NCBI GenBank assembly: GCA_963728735.1
Contig: CAVSLX010000010.1
Coordinates: 12,456 to 76,455 of the forward strand
DNA: 64,000 nt
Direction: 5' to 3'
Source: an uncultured Actinomycetes bacterium
Lineage (GTDB): Bacteria > Actinomycetota > UBA4738 > HRBIN12
Shown: positions 28,676-37,949 of the stretch, one piece after another
Numbering within the stretch: position 1 is the stretch's first letter
Layout of the letters: every line of letters starts with the position of its first letter
Program-made: the position numbers and the translations under genes
The notes under the pieces: model-generated
The model's database searches: none
Seen by the model: the letters and a program-made list of their open reading frames with translations, nothing else
Told to the model about the DNA's origin: nothing

Positions 28676-29662
28676 ATGCGCACGCGACCGCTCGGCAGGA
28701 CCGGTCTCACGGTCTCGCCGATCGGCCTCGGGCTCGCCGCCCTGGGCCGGCCCGCCTACATCGACCTCGGCCGGGCCGAGGATCTCGGAACCGATCGCGA
28801 CGTCGAGGCGATGGCCAGTCGTGCCCACGAGGTTCTCGATGCGGCGTACACGGCGGGGATCCGGTACGTCGACGCGGCCCGTTCCTACGGGCACGCGGAA
28901 CGGTTCCTCGCCTCGTGGCTCGCGGCCCGGCCGCAGGCCGGCGACGTGACCGTCGGCTCGAAATGGGGCTACACGTACGTCGGCGAGTGGCGCACCGATG
29001 TCGATGTCCACGAGGTGAAGGATCATTCGGTCGACGCGTTGCGGCGCCAGACCGCGGCATCCCTTGCCCTGCTCGACGGACGACTCGACCTCTACCAGAT
29101 CCATTCCGCCACCCTCGACAGCGGGGTGCTTGACGATCGAGCGGTGCTCGCCGAGCTCGTTCGGCTGGCCGACGCGCACGGTCTCGTGATCGGTCTGTCC
29201 GTGAGCGGGCCGCAGCAGGCCGGCGCGATCCGCCGGGCGCTCGAGGCTGAGATCGGCGGCGTGCGGCCGTTCCGCAGCGTCCAGGCGACGTGGAACCTGT
29301 TGGAGCCCTCGGTCGGCCCCGCGCTCGCCGATGCACACGACGAGGGGTGGGGCGTGATCGTCAAGGAGTCCCTGGCGAACGGCCGGCTTGCCGGCCGCGG
29401 CGATCCGTCGGTCGTCGCGGAGCTCGAGGCGGTGGGGGAGCGTCACAGCGGCGCGTCAGCCGACGCCGTCGCGCTCGCCGCGGCCCTCGCACAACCGTGG
29501 GCCGACGTGGTGCTCTCCGGAGCGGTGACGACCAGGCAGGTCCGTTCGAACGCGGCGGCGACCGAGCTCGCCCTCGACCCGGACGATCTCCACCGGCTCG
29601 CAGGGCTTGCCGAAGCGTCCGAGTCCTACTGGACAACCCGGGCGGAGCTGGGCTGGTCCTGA
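28676..29662 (+). CDS. Aldo/keto reductase
   Basis: MRTRPLGRTGLTVSPIGLGLAALG..., DAARSYG, later IVKESLANGRL; typical AKR pattern, 328 aa. Confidence 0.85.
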   Translation: MRTRPLGRTGLTVSPIGLGLAALGRPAYIDLGRAEDLGTDRDVEAMASRAHEVLDAAYTAGIRYVDAARSYGHAERFLASWLAARPQAGDVTVGSKWGYTYVGEWRTDVDVHEVKDHSVDALRRQTAASLALLDGRLDLYQIHSATLDSGVLDDRAVLAELVRLADAHGLVIGLSVSGPQQAGAIRRALEAEIGGVRPFRSVQATWNLLEPSVGPALADAHDEGWGVIVKESLANGRLAGRGDPSVVAELEAVGERHSGASADAVALAAALAQPWADVVLSGAVTTRQVRSNAAATELALDPDDLHRLAGLAEASESYWTTRAELGWS

Positions 29663-29706
29663 TCTCGCGATCCGATCCATCGCGTCCTCCCGCATCGTGC
29701 GGCCGT

Positions 29707-29712
29707 TATCGT
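29707..29712 (+). promoter_or_regulatory. -10 box TATCGT, 7 nt upstream of ATG 29720 (leaderless)
   Basis: TATCGT-gtggccg-ATG. Favours ATG 29720 over the ORF-track GTG 29711. Confidence 0.45.
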
Positions 29713-29719
29713 GTGGCCG

Positions 29720-30226
29720 ATGCCGAAGCCCACGGATCTGATCGCCGACGAAGACGCGCTGTGGCACGAGCTCCATGACCTCGTGGGCAGGTTCTCCGCC
29801 GACGAAGCCGTGCGGCCCGGCTACTTCGACGAGGGTTGGTCCGCGAAAGACGCCCTCGCCCACGTCGGAACCTGGCTGGCCGAGGCGGGCGTCGCTCTCG
29901 AGCAGATGCGTGGCGGGACCTACACGAGCGCTCCGGCTCCGGGCGAGATCGACGGGCTGAACCGTCGCTTCTACGAGACCATGCGCGACGTCCCGCTGGG
30001 CGTGGTCCGCGCCCAGGCGGCCGCGGCTCGGGCCAGGCTCCTGCACGCGTGGGCCGAGTTGCTCGAGGTCGACGAGCGAGGCGACGGGCCCGGAAGCGAA
30101 CCAGCGAACAGCGAGCCAGCGAACACGGAGGAGGCCATCTCGTGGATCAGGAAGGCCGGTCCGGATCACTACCGGGAGCACCTGCCGCGGCTCAAGCGAT
30201 GGCTGGAAGAGGTCCGGGCGAGCTGA
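29720..30226 (+). CDS. DinB/ClbS-like four-helix-bundle protein
   Basis: WSAKDALAHVGTWLAE, and a C-terminal GPDHYREHLPRL pattern. Contains an in-frame 15-bp tandem duplication (SEPAN x2, 30095-30124). Confidence 0.6.
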   Translation: MPKPTDLIADEDALWHELHDLVGRFSADEAVRPGYFDEGWSAKDALAHVGTWLAEAGVALEQMRGGTYTSAPAPGEIDGLNRRFYETMRDVPLGVVRAQAAAARARLLHAWAELLEVDERGDGPGSEPANSEPANTEEAISWIRKAGPDHYREHLPRLKRWLEEVRAS

Positions 30227-31158
30227 TGCGCTGGCGGCGAGCCGGGACGACCAGGCGGTGCGCGGCCATCGTCACCATGACCCTCCTCGTCGCGATCTTG
30301 GCGGGGTGCGACGCCGACGGGGACGACGAGGCTCCGAGCCCCGCCGCGACGAGCCCTTCGACCGTCGAGGGTGGCGGCGCGCCGAGCGGCGGTCGGGTCG
30401 ACGTCGGCGGGTACGAGCTGGCCTACGTGTGTCAGGGTGACGGCGAGCCCGCCGTGGTGCTCGAAGCCGGCTACGACTCGGCCGGGACGTCGACGTTCGC
30501 GGATCTCCTCGCGCCGATCGCCGAGGAGACCCGGGTCTGCACCTACGACCGTGCCGGTACCGGCACGAGCGATCCACGCCCGTCGGCCGAAGGGCTCACG
30601 AGCGCCGACCAGGCGAGCGAGCTCCGGTCGTTGCTGGAGGCGGCCGCGATCGAGTCCCCCTACGTCCTCGTCGGCCATTCCTACGGGGGCTTCGTCTCGC
30701 GTCTGTTCGCGGCCGCGTACCCGGCCGAGACGGCCGGGCTGATCCTGATCGAGTCCTCGCACGAGGACGAGATCGAGCCGTACCGCGACTTCTACGGTAA
30801 CGACCCCGCGGGGGACTGGGTGGATGGCGGTGACCTCCTCGACATCGATGCCACCGCCGACGCGCTCCGCTCGACCGCCCGTGACTTCGGTGAGCTGCCG
30901 CTCGTCGTGATCCGCGCCGAAACCTACGAGGACGTGTTGTCGACGTCGCTCTGGCGCCGGACCCAGGCCGACCTCGCCACGCTGTCGTCGAACTCCCTCT
31001 ACCTCGTGGCCGACGGGTCGGGCCATTTCGTCCAGGACGAGGCCCCGGAGGTGGTGCTCGCGGCGATCCACGAGGTGGTCGCGGCATCGCGGTCCGGCTC
31101 GGCCTTGCCGGCGTGCGAGGACGTCGTCGCGTCGATCCCGGCATCGTGCCCCGCGTAG
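30226..31158 (+). CDS. Alpha/beta hydrolase lipoprotein
   Basis: ATG overlaps the upstream stop (TGATG). Lipobox ILAGCD. Nucleophile elbow LVGHSYGG. HF motif near the C-terminus (GSGHFVQDE). Confidence 0.75.
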   Translation: MRWRRAGTTRRCAAIVTMTLLVAILAGCDADGDDEAPSPAATSPSTVEGGGAPSGGRVDVGGYELAYVCQGDGEPAVVLEAGYDSAGTSTFADLLAPIAEETRVCTYDRAGTGTSDPRPSAEGLTSADQASELRSLLEAAAIESPYVLVGHSYGGFVSRLFAAAYPAETAGLILIESSHEDEIEPYRDFYGNDPAGDWVDGGDLLDIDATADALRSTARDFGELPLVVIRAETYEDVLSTSLWRRTQADLATLSSNSLYLVADGSGHFVQDEAPEVVLAAIHEVVAASRSGSALPACEDVVASIPASCPA

Positions 31159-31161
31159 ACT
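31156..31161 (+). promoter_or_regulatory. -10 box TAGACT, 6 nt upstream of GTG 31168 (leaderless glbO); its TAG is the stop codon of the upstream gene
   Basis: gcg-TAGACT-cccgcc-GTG. Confidence 0.5.
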
Positions 31162-31167
31162 CCCGCC

Positions 31168-31551
31168 GTGGCCCGAGCGATCACCGTGTTCGACGCGGCC
31201 GGTGGCATGCCGTTCTTCGAGCGGCTCATCGGTCGTTTCTACGACGGCGTCGCCTCCGATCCCGCGCTGCTCGATCTGTACCCGGTTCCCGACGACCTCG
31301 CGGCCGCGCGTCACCGGCTCACGCTCTTCCTGGCGCAGTACTGGGGTGGACCGAACACGTACGACGAGGAACGCGGACATCCGCGGCTCCGCATGCGCCA
31401 CGCCCCGTTCGCGATCGGCCCCGATGCCCGTGATCGCTGGCTCTCGCACATGCGCGCCGCGCTCGACGCGGAGCCCCTCCCGCCAACCGTCCGCGAGGCG
31501 TTCGACGGCTACTTCGAGATGGCGGCCGAGGCGATGCGCAACCGCGACTGA
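31168..31551 (+). CDS. glbO: Group II truncated hemoglobin (trHbO)
   Basis: FFERLIGRFYDGVASDP, LFLAQYWGGPNTY..ERGHPRLRMRHAPFAI; textbook trHbO signature, 127 aa. Confidence 0.85.
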   Translation: MARAITVFDAAGGMPFFERLIGRFYDGVASDPALLDLYPVPDDLAAARHRLTLFLAQYWGGPNTYDEERGHPRLRMRHAPFAIGPDARDRWLSHMRAALDAEPLPPTVREAFDGYFEMAAEAMRNRD

Positions 31552-31627
31552 CCGAGGCCTCGACGCGCGTTCGTGCCGATCACGAGCCTTCGTCACCGAC
31601 CGAACACCGAGGAGCTGATGCCACGCG

Positions 31628-33260
31628 ATGGCGACCGATCTCGTCGTTCGAGGAGGGCGCGTCGTCACGGTCGACGACGCGCTCCCGTTCGCCTCGGCCG
31701 TCGCCGTCGAAGCCGGCCGGATCGTCGCGGTCGGTGTCGACGACGACATCGACGGGCTCATCGGGCCCGGCACCGAGGTCATCGAGGCCCAGGGAAGGTC
31801 CGTCCTCCCCGGGTTCGTCGACGCCCACAACCACGTCCGGCTGGGGTCGAACCCGACGGCGGTGCCGTTGTTCGGGCGCACCTCCCTCGAGGCGATCCGC
31901 GCCCGGCTCGCCGAGCACGCGGCCTCGATGCCCGACCACGCGTGGGTCGAGGGTGAGGGATGGAACTACGCCGCGGTGCCCGGCGGCCGCCCGACGGCGG
32001 CGATGCTCGAGGGGGTGACCGGCGAGCCGCCCCGCGTTCCTGTTCTCCTACGACGTCCACACGGTGTGGATGAACCAGCGAGGCGATGGCTCGTCTCGGG
32101 ATCACGCGCGACACCGAGCGGGTGCCGTGGGGCCGGGTGGAGCACGACGAGGCCACCGGGGCACCGACGGGTTTCGTGACCGACTTCGCCGTCCTCGGGA
32201 TCAGCGAGGAGGGGCAGCGCGCGCTCGAGTCGGCCGGGATCCCCGGCTACGCGCGCGACGACGCAGTACGAGCGGCTCGTCCAGAGCCTCGACATGGCGA
32301 TCGGCTACGGGATCACGACGGTCGTCGAGCCGCAGAACGGGCTCGACGACCTCGACCTGTTCGCGCGAGCCCGTCACGAGGGCGTGCTCCGCACGCGGTT
32401 GATCGGCGCGATGTTGTGCCTGCCCGGCACCGACGCGGCGCGCCTCGACGAGCTCGAAGAGGCCCGGCGCTCGTTCGACGATGACCGTCTGCGGATCGCG
32501 CCCGTCAAGCTGTACATCGACGACGTGATCGAGCCGCACACCGCCGCGATGCTCGGCGCCCTACGCCGATCGTCCCGACACGAGCGGCGACACCTTCTGG
32601 GATCCGCAGGAGTTCGCCGACTTCCTGGTCGAGCTCGAGCGCCGCCGGTTCCAGGCGTTCACGCACGCCACCGGCGACCGCGGGATCCGGACGGTCCTCG
32701 ACGCGGTGCAGCGGTGTCGCGAGGTCCACGGACCCCGCGACGCGCGGCATCAGATCGTCCATGTCGAATGCGTGCATCCGCAGGACCTTCCGCGGTTCGC
32801 CGAGCTGGGCGTCATCGCGTGCATGCAGCCGCGGCACTCCGCGCCCGACATCGTCGAGGACTGGCGGCGGGCCGTCGGCACCGATCGGGAACGCTTCGCA
32901 TGGCCGTTCCGGAGCCTGCTCGATCACGGTGCCGTGCTGGCGTTCTCGAGCGACTGGAACGTCGCGGAGATGGATCCGATGACCTGGCTCTACACGGCCA
33001 TGACGCGTGCCGATCTCACGGGTGATCGAGCGTGGAACGTCGAGGAGACGATCGGGCTCGCCGAGGCGATCCGCGCCGCCACCCTCGGAAGCGCGTACGC
33101 GAACGCCGTCGACCACGAGCGCGGTTCGATCACGCCGGGCAAGCAAGCCGACCTCGTCGTGCTGTCGCGCGACGTGCTCGCGCTCGATGATCCTCGTGCG
33201 CTGCTCGACACGCGTGCGGAGCTCACGATCGTCGGCGGCGAGGTCGTGTTCCGCCTCTGA
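31628..33260 (+). pseudogene. Amidohydrolase (YtcJ/Amidohydro_3-like metal-dependent hydrolase) broken by four +1 frame shifts
   Basis: Homology runs through frames 2>0>1>2>0: ..PGFVDAHNHV..LEGVTGE | RPAFLFSYDVHTVWMNQR | AMARLGITRDTERVPWGRVEHDEATGAPTGFV.. | QYERLVQSLDMAIGYGITTVVEP..KLYIDDVIEPHTAAML | APYADRPDTSGDTFWDPQEF..HATGDRGIR..HQIVHVE..SSDWNV..ITPGKQADLVVL. Length 1633 = 3n+1. Confidence 0.8.
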
Positions 33261-33294
33261 ACGGGTGCCGGTTGCAGGAACGGGGGGTCCGGCA

Positions 33295-33300
33295 TACGGT
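33295..33300 (+). promoter_or_regulatory. -10 box TACGGT, 6 nt upstream of ATG 33307 (leaderless)
   Basis: TACGGT-cgtccg-ATG. Confidence 0.45.
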
Positions 33301-33306
33301 CGTCCG

Positions 33307-34656
33307 ATGACCCGCGCTCGCGAGCCTCGCCGGTCACCCCTCGCCGTCGCCGCTCGATCGTCGGTGATCGGCGCGCTCATCGCAGTGGCATGCACCGCCG
33401 GTGACGACGGCTCGCCGGACCCGACGGGTGGCCCGGCGTTGTCATCGCCTCCGGCCGTCGAGGCGCCCCCGGCGCCGCCGCCCTCGAGCGCCTCGTCCCT
33501 TCCCGGAAGGCTCCTCGTGAAGCAGACCGACGGCAGCCTCGTCACGGTCCGTCCCGACGGTTCCGACCTGCAGGTGCTCGCCAAGGGGGCCGGCCAAGAC
33601 CTCCAGGTCCTGCAGGCCGCGTGGGCTCCCGACGGAAGCCGTGTCGCCTGGGTCCAGATCGACACCGCCGACGGGCCGGCCGAGGCCCGGATCGTCACGG
33701 CCGACCCCGACGGTGGGAACCGGCGGGAGACGACGATGTCGATCGTGCCCTTCTACCTCTCGTGGGACCCGACGTCGGCACGCGTCGGCTACCTCGGCTC
33801 CGACGGGGGTGACCGGTTCGAGATGGGGGTGGTCGAGGGCGGTGGCCGTGCCGATCCGCCGACCACCCTCGGGCGAGGCAGCCCCTTCTATTTCGCGTGG
33901 GCTCCCGAGGGCGACCGGGTCTTGGTGCACGTCGGCAGGGACCGCCTCGACGAGCTCGGCATCGACGGGTCCTCGGCATCGCTGGGAGCGAGTCCCGGCA
34001 TGTTCCAGGCCCCGGTCTGGAGCAGCGACGGCACCGCGCAGATCTACGTCGAAGGGCAGGGTGAGGGCGAGCGTCAGCGCATCGTGGTTCGTGACGCCGA
34101 CAGCGGCAGCTCGCGAACCCTCGCGAGCGCCGACGGCGCCGTGTCGCTCGTGCTCAGCCCCGACGGTGAGCAGGTCGCCTTCCAGGGCCTGAACCGCGAA
34201 GAGGCGAACCTGTTCGACCGCACGCTCCCGCAGCGGGCAACCGATGTGGGCGTGACGGTCCTCGACGTCGACACGGGCCGCGCGGAACGGGTCACGGTGC
34301 AGCCGGCCGTCGCCTTCTTCTGGGGTCCGTCCGGTGAGCACCTGCTGATCCTCGAGCCCATCTACCGCATCGCCGGGCCGATGTACTTCAGGTGGGTCGT
34401 ATGGGACGGCAAGAACTCGATCGTCACGTCGGCGTTCACGCCGGGCATCTCCCTGCTCACGGAATACACCCCGTACTTCAGCCAGTACGCGCAGAGCCTC
34501 ACGATGTGGGCTCCCGACGGGAGCGCCTTCGCGTATCCGGCCGATCGACCCCCCGCGCCCTCGACGATCTTCGTGCAGCCCGTGACGTCAGGGCAGGAGC
34601 CCTACGCGCTCGGGACCGGCTCGTTCGTCGCCTGGAGCCCCGACCCCGGTCGCTGA
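33307..34656 (+). CDS. Lipoprotein with TolB/PD40-like beta-propeller repeats
   Basis: Lipobox LIAVACT, Pro/Ser linker, repeats WAPDGSRVAW, LSPDGEQVAF, WAPDGSAFAY. Confidence 0.6.
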   Translation: MTRAREPRRSPLAVAARSSVIGALIAVACTAGDDGSPDPTGGPALSSPPAVEAPPAPPPSSASSLPGRLLVKQTDGSLVTVRPDGSDLQVLAKGAGQDLQVLQAAWAPDGSRVAWVQIDTADGPAEARIVTADPDGGNRRETTMSIVPFYLSWDPTSARVGYLGSDGGDRFEMGVVEGGGRADPPTTLGRGSPFYFAWAPEGDRVLVHVGRDRLDELGIDGSSASLGASPGMFQAPVWSSDGTAQIYVEGQGEGERQRIVVRDADSGSSRTLASADGAVSLVLSPDGEQVAFQGLNREEANLFDRTLPQRATDVGVTVLDVDTGRAERVTVQPAVAFFWGPSGEHLLILEPIYRIAGPMYFRWVVWDGKNSIVTSAFTPGISLLTEYTPYFSQYAQSLTMWAPDGSAFAYPADRPPAPSTIFVQPVTSGQEPYALGTGSFVAWSPDPGR

Positions 34657-34684
34657 TCGCTCGATCTCCCCGATCATCGGCCGG

Positions 34685-35437
34685 TCATCGGCCGGTCGGC
34701 TCAGTCTCGCTTGCTGCCCGCGCCGAGGGCTCCCGCCGGCGCCGCATGAGGACGGTTCCGCCGACGAGCGCGATCGCGGCGAAGCAGAACCACTGGATCG
34801 CGTAGCCGAGGTGCGGGCCCTCACCGAGCGCGGGCAGCGCCGCCGGAACCGGAAGCGCGGCGGCCGGGTCCTGGCGCGCCAGCAGGAGGTACACGCCGGG
34901 CAGGAGGTCGGCCGGGACCTGCGCGTCGAGCATCGAAACGTCGATCGTGCGGACCGTCTCGACCGCGGGCGCGGGTGCGGCGCGGTCCGTCTCGGCGCTC
35001 GCGGGCAGCAGGGTGCCGAAGACGGTCACGGTGCCGCCCACCGCGGCTCCGTCGCCCTCGACGGGGGGGCCCGAGGTTCCGGTCGGCACCCATCCGCGGT
35101 CGACGAGGATCGCGCGGCCGTCGGAGAGCAGGAGGGGGGTGAGCACGTGATCGCCGGGTCGTCCGTCGAGCGGCCGCCCGTACAAGATCACCTCGTGAGC
35201 CGGGTCCCATGTACCCGTCGCGCTTGCCCGGCGGTAGGCCGCCTCGTCCGCCCCCTCGGCGTCAACGAGCGCATCGACCGGCGCGACCGGCGCGGCCAGA
35301 CCCGCTTCGACGCCGGCGTTGAAGGCACGGCGCCCCGCGAGCCGATCCAGCTGCCAGAAACCGAGGCGCACGCAGGTCGCTGCCACGAGGACCGTGACCA
35401 CGGGCAGAAGGATCCATCGCGCCCGTGCGCCGACCAC
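34685..35437 (-). CDS. SURF1-family cytochrome oxidase assembly protein
   Basis: Signature LGFWQLDRL..R, YRR..ATG.W, later GPHLGYAIQWF, and two TM segments. GTG 35437 start is tentative. Confidence 0.75.
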   Translation of the reverse strand: MVGARARWILLPVVTVLVAATCVRLGFWQLDRLAGRRAFNAGVEAGLAAPVAPVDALVDAEGADEAAYRRASATGTWDPAHEVILYGRPLDGRPGDHVLTPLLLSDGRAILVDRGWVPTGTSGPPVEGDGAAVGGTVTVFGTLLPASAETDRAAPAPAVETVRTIDVSMLDAQVPADLLPGVYLLLARQDPAAALPVPAALPALGEGPHLGYAIQWFCFAAIALVGGTVLMRRRREPSARAASETEPTGR

Positions 35438-35595
35438 GCTTCGGAGGATAACCGGCGGCCTCAAGTTCGGATCCCTGTTCTGCCGACACCTCTGGTAAGA
35501 CGGCGCGAAGGGTCGTCCCGTCCCGTGAGGCGGGCGGCCCGCGCGACCGGATGGCACCATGACGCCCGCATCGAGGGGAACACCGGACACCGGGG

Positions 35596-35787
35596 GTGAC
35601 GGAAGTGCAGCGGCTCTACGTGCGTGCACGAACCTGGTTGGACGGCCTGGTGGAGGAGCGAGGGGCAACGGCGGTCGAGTACGCCCTCATGCTCGCGCTC
35701 ATCGCGATGGTGATCATCGGCGCGGTGACCTTGCTCGGCCAAGAGACGAACTCCACCTTCTCGGAGTTCTCGTTCGACCCTCCGTAG
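35596..35787 (+). CDS. flp: Flp/Fap-family type IVb pilin precursor
   Basis: Prepilin processing motif ERG/ATAVEYALMLALIAMVIIGAV (G-xxxxEY plus a hydrophobic helix). 63 aa. Start is ambiguous (GTG 35596 or 35605). Confidence 0.75.
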   Translation: MTEVQRLYVRARTWLDGLVEERGATAVEYALMLALIAMVIIGAVTLLGQETNSTFSEFSFDPP

Positions 35788-35801
35788 CCCGCGTACCGCT
35801 C

Positions 35802-35821
35802 GACCCGGTCTCCGCCGGGTC
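35802..35821 (+). terminator. GC-rich hairpin downstream of flp (possible terminator, no U-tract)
   Basis: GACCCGG-tctccg-CCGGGTC gives a 7-bp perfect stem, 15 nt after the stop. Confidence 0.35.
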
Positions 35822-35850
35822 GCAAGGGCATCGGCTAGGCTGCGCGGACG

Positions 35851-36558
35851 ATGGATCCCGCGCGCCGTCTCCTCGATCTGCAGACCCTCGACACGGTGAT
35901 CGACCGTGCGTTGGCTCGTCACGCCGTGCTCGAAGGAGGCGCCGAGCTCAAGCAGGCGCGAGGTGCCGCCGACGCCGCCGAGGTCGAGCTGGGTGAGCTT
36001 CGCCTCCGTATCGAGGCGCTCGATCGCGAGGCGTCGAGGTTCGAGCACGACGTCGACGCGCTCGGTCAGAAGGCCGCGGCCGAGGAGCGGCGGCTCTACG
36101 ACGGGTCGGTGGCGAACCCGAAGGAGCTCGACTCGATCCAGCACGAGGTCGCGAACCTGAAGCGGCGAACGGGGGACCGCGAGGACGAGCTGCTCGTCCT
36201 CATGGAGCAGCGCGAGGTCCTCGACCGCCAGGCCGCCGCCGCCTCGGCTCGCACCGAGGAACTGCGCACCGAGGTCGAACGCGCCGGAGCCGGTTCGGCC
36301 GAGGAGCTCACCACGATCGAGCGCGAGCTCGCGGAACGTCGCGTCGAACGAGTCGCGATCGCCGACGGGATCGATCCCGAGCTTCTCGAGCTCTACGAGG
36401 ACCTCCGACGCCAGAAGAAGGGGATCGGGGTCGCGGCGCTCGTCGACGGCATCTGTCAGGGGTGCCACGAGCAACTGTCCGCGGTCGTGCTCGATCGTCT
36501 CAAGAAGACCGACGGCGTCCGACGGTGCGAATACTGCCGGCGGATCTTGGTGCTGTGA
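35851..36558 (+). CDS. Coiled-coil C4 zinc-ribbon protein (COG1579/DUF164 type)
   Basis: Long coiled coil, then C-terminal CQGCHEQL..RRCEYCRRIL. Sits upstream of RNase H, as in other actinobacteria. Confidence 0.75.
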   Translation: MDPARRLLDLQTLDTVIDRALARHAVLEGGAELKQARGAADAAEVELGELRLRIEALDREASRFEHDVDALGQKAAAEERRLYDGSVANPKELDSIQHEVANLKRRTGDREDELLVLMEQREVLDRQAAAASARTEELRTEVERAGAGSAEELTTIERELAERRVERVAIADGIDPELLELYEDLRRQKKGIGVAALVDGICQGCHEQLSAVVLDRLKKTDGVRRCEYCRRILVL

Positions 36559-36998
36559 CGCTCGAGGTCATCGTGCACACCGACGGCGCCGCCCGGGGGA
36601 ACCCGGGGCCGGCCGGTGCGGGCGCCGTGATCACGTCGACGGACGGCGAGGTGCTCGCCGAGATCGCCGAGGGCCTCGGCCACGCGACGAACAACGTGGC
36701 GGAGTACACGGCCGCGATCCTCGGACTCGAGCGCGCCGCCGAGCTGGGCGCGCGCCGCGTGACGCTCCGGACGGACTCGCAGCTCCTCGTCCAGCAGCTC
36801 GCCGGTCGGTACCGGGTGAAGGCGGTGCATCTCGTGCCGCTGTGGCGGCGGGTCCGCGAGCTCGCGGCCGGGTTCGAGCGCATCCGGTTCGAGCACGTCC
36901 CCCGCGAGCGCAACGTCGAGGCGGACCGGCTCGCGAACGCCGGTGTGGACGCCTGGCTCGAGGATCGACAGGACGGCCGAGGGAGCGAGCTGCCCTAG
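36555..36998 (+). CDS. rnhA: Ribonuclease H (RNase HI family)
   Basis: GTG overlaps the upstream stop (GTGA). Motifs HTDGAARGNPGPAGAGAV, ATNNVAEYTAAILGLE, LRTDSQLLVQQL, RERNVEADRLAN. Confidence 0.85.
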   Translation: MTLEVIVHTDGAARGNPGPAGAGAVITSTDGEVLAEIAEGLGHATNNVAEYTAAILGLERAAELGARRVTLRTDSQLLVQQLAGRYRVKAVHLVPLWRRVRELAAGFERIRFEHVPRERNVEADRLANAGVDAWLEDRQDGRGSELP

Positions 36999-37915
36999 CT
37001 TCCCGGCTCGGGACTCGGCGATCCGGACGCGGCGATCGGGAGCGGCTCGATCAAGCCCTCCAGAGGGATCAGGATCGGCTCGATCGTCGTCGATGAGCGG
37101 AACGTCAATCGGAGCGAGAGCCCGGCGGCATCGGGTTGCGCGGGGAACGTGACGATGCCCGGCACCCGCGCACCCGCGGCCATGGAGCCGAGGGAGGGGG
37201 AGACCACGTCGGCGTGATCGACGACGGTGCCGTCGGCCTCCACGAGGGCGACGTCGTCCTCCGTGAGCGAGACGTCCGGACCGTCCCCGACACGGATACG
37301 CAGATGCAGCTGCCAGACCGGCGCGGCCACGAACGAATCCAGCTCGACCTCGACGCGCTCGTCACCGAAGGTCTCGGCGGGCTCGATCAACTGGAACGCG
37401 ATGCTCATCGGGATGCCGTCGCGCACGAAGTCCGTGACGAGCCACGCGCCGTCCGGCGTGCGCACGAGGAGCATCGGCCCACCGAACGAACGCACCACCT
37501 GGAAGGGCTTGCCCCGAGTGGGGTCGAGGTCGAAGGTGACGAACGCGTCCACCGACACCTGGCGGACGACGTCGCCGGGTCGATCCATGATGGGAAACGG
37601 CGTCGCCGCGCCGACCGTCCGGAGTTCGAGCGAGCCTCGTTGGTCGCCCTCGAACTCCTGTCGCTGCACCTCGAGCCACGTCACCCATCGCTGCATCCAG
37701 GCCGGGCCGCTCCGAAGTCGCAGCGCTGCGGGACCGTCGATCGGGAGATCCGCGTACGCTTCGAGGAAGGCGATCGCCGCCGCCCGCGCCCCGGCCTCGT
37801 CACCCGCCGGGGCCCCGGCCACGTCGCCGGCGCTCACCGCCTGCGGGCGTTCGCTCGGCGTGCAGGCGATCAGCAGGCACGCGCCGGCGACGAGCGGAAC
37901 GAGGACACGACGCAT
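36995..37915 (-). CDS. Hypothetical lipoprotein
   Basis: Lipobox LLIACT. No known domain. Its 3' end overlaps the rnhA stop by 4 nt. Confidence 0.55.
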   Translation of the reverse strand: MRRVLVPLVAGACLLIACTPSERPQAVSAGDVAGAPAGDEAGARAAAIAFLEAYADLPIDGPAALRLRSGPAWMQRWVTWLEVQRQEFEGDQRGSLELRTVGAATPFPIMDRPGDVVRQVSVDAFVTFDLDPTRGKPFQVVRSFGGPMLLVRTPDGAWLVTDFVRDGIPMSIAFQLIEPAETFGDERVEVELDSFVAAPVWQLHLRIRVGDGPDVSLTEDDVALVEADGTVVDHADVVSPSLGSMAAGARVPGIVTFPAQPDAAGLSLRLTFRSSTTIEPILIPLEGLIEPLPIAASGSPSPEPGS

Positions 37916-37926
37916 CGACGCGGCCG

Positions 37927-37932
37927 AGTCTA
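37927..37932 (-). promoter_or_regulatory. -10 box TAGACT, 11 nt upstream of ATG 37915 (very short leader)
   Basis: Minus strand reads TAGACT-cggccgcgtcg-ATG. Lies 18 nt from the rnpB 5' end on the other strand. Confidence 0.35.
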
Positions 37933-37949
37933 CGGGGTACCGTCCGTAC

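Noticed and set aside
30095-30124. An in-frame 15-bp tandem duplication (SEPAN-SEPAN) in the DinB-like gene.
   Set aside because: It is real but trivial: a slippage duplication in a linker, with no evident functional implication.
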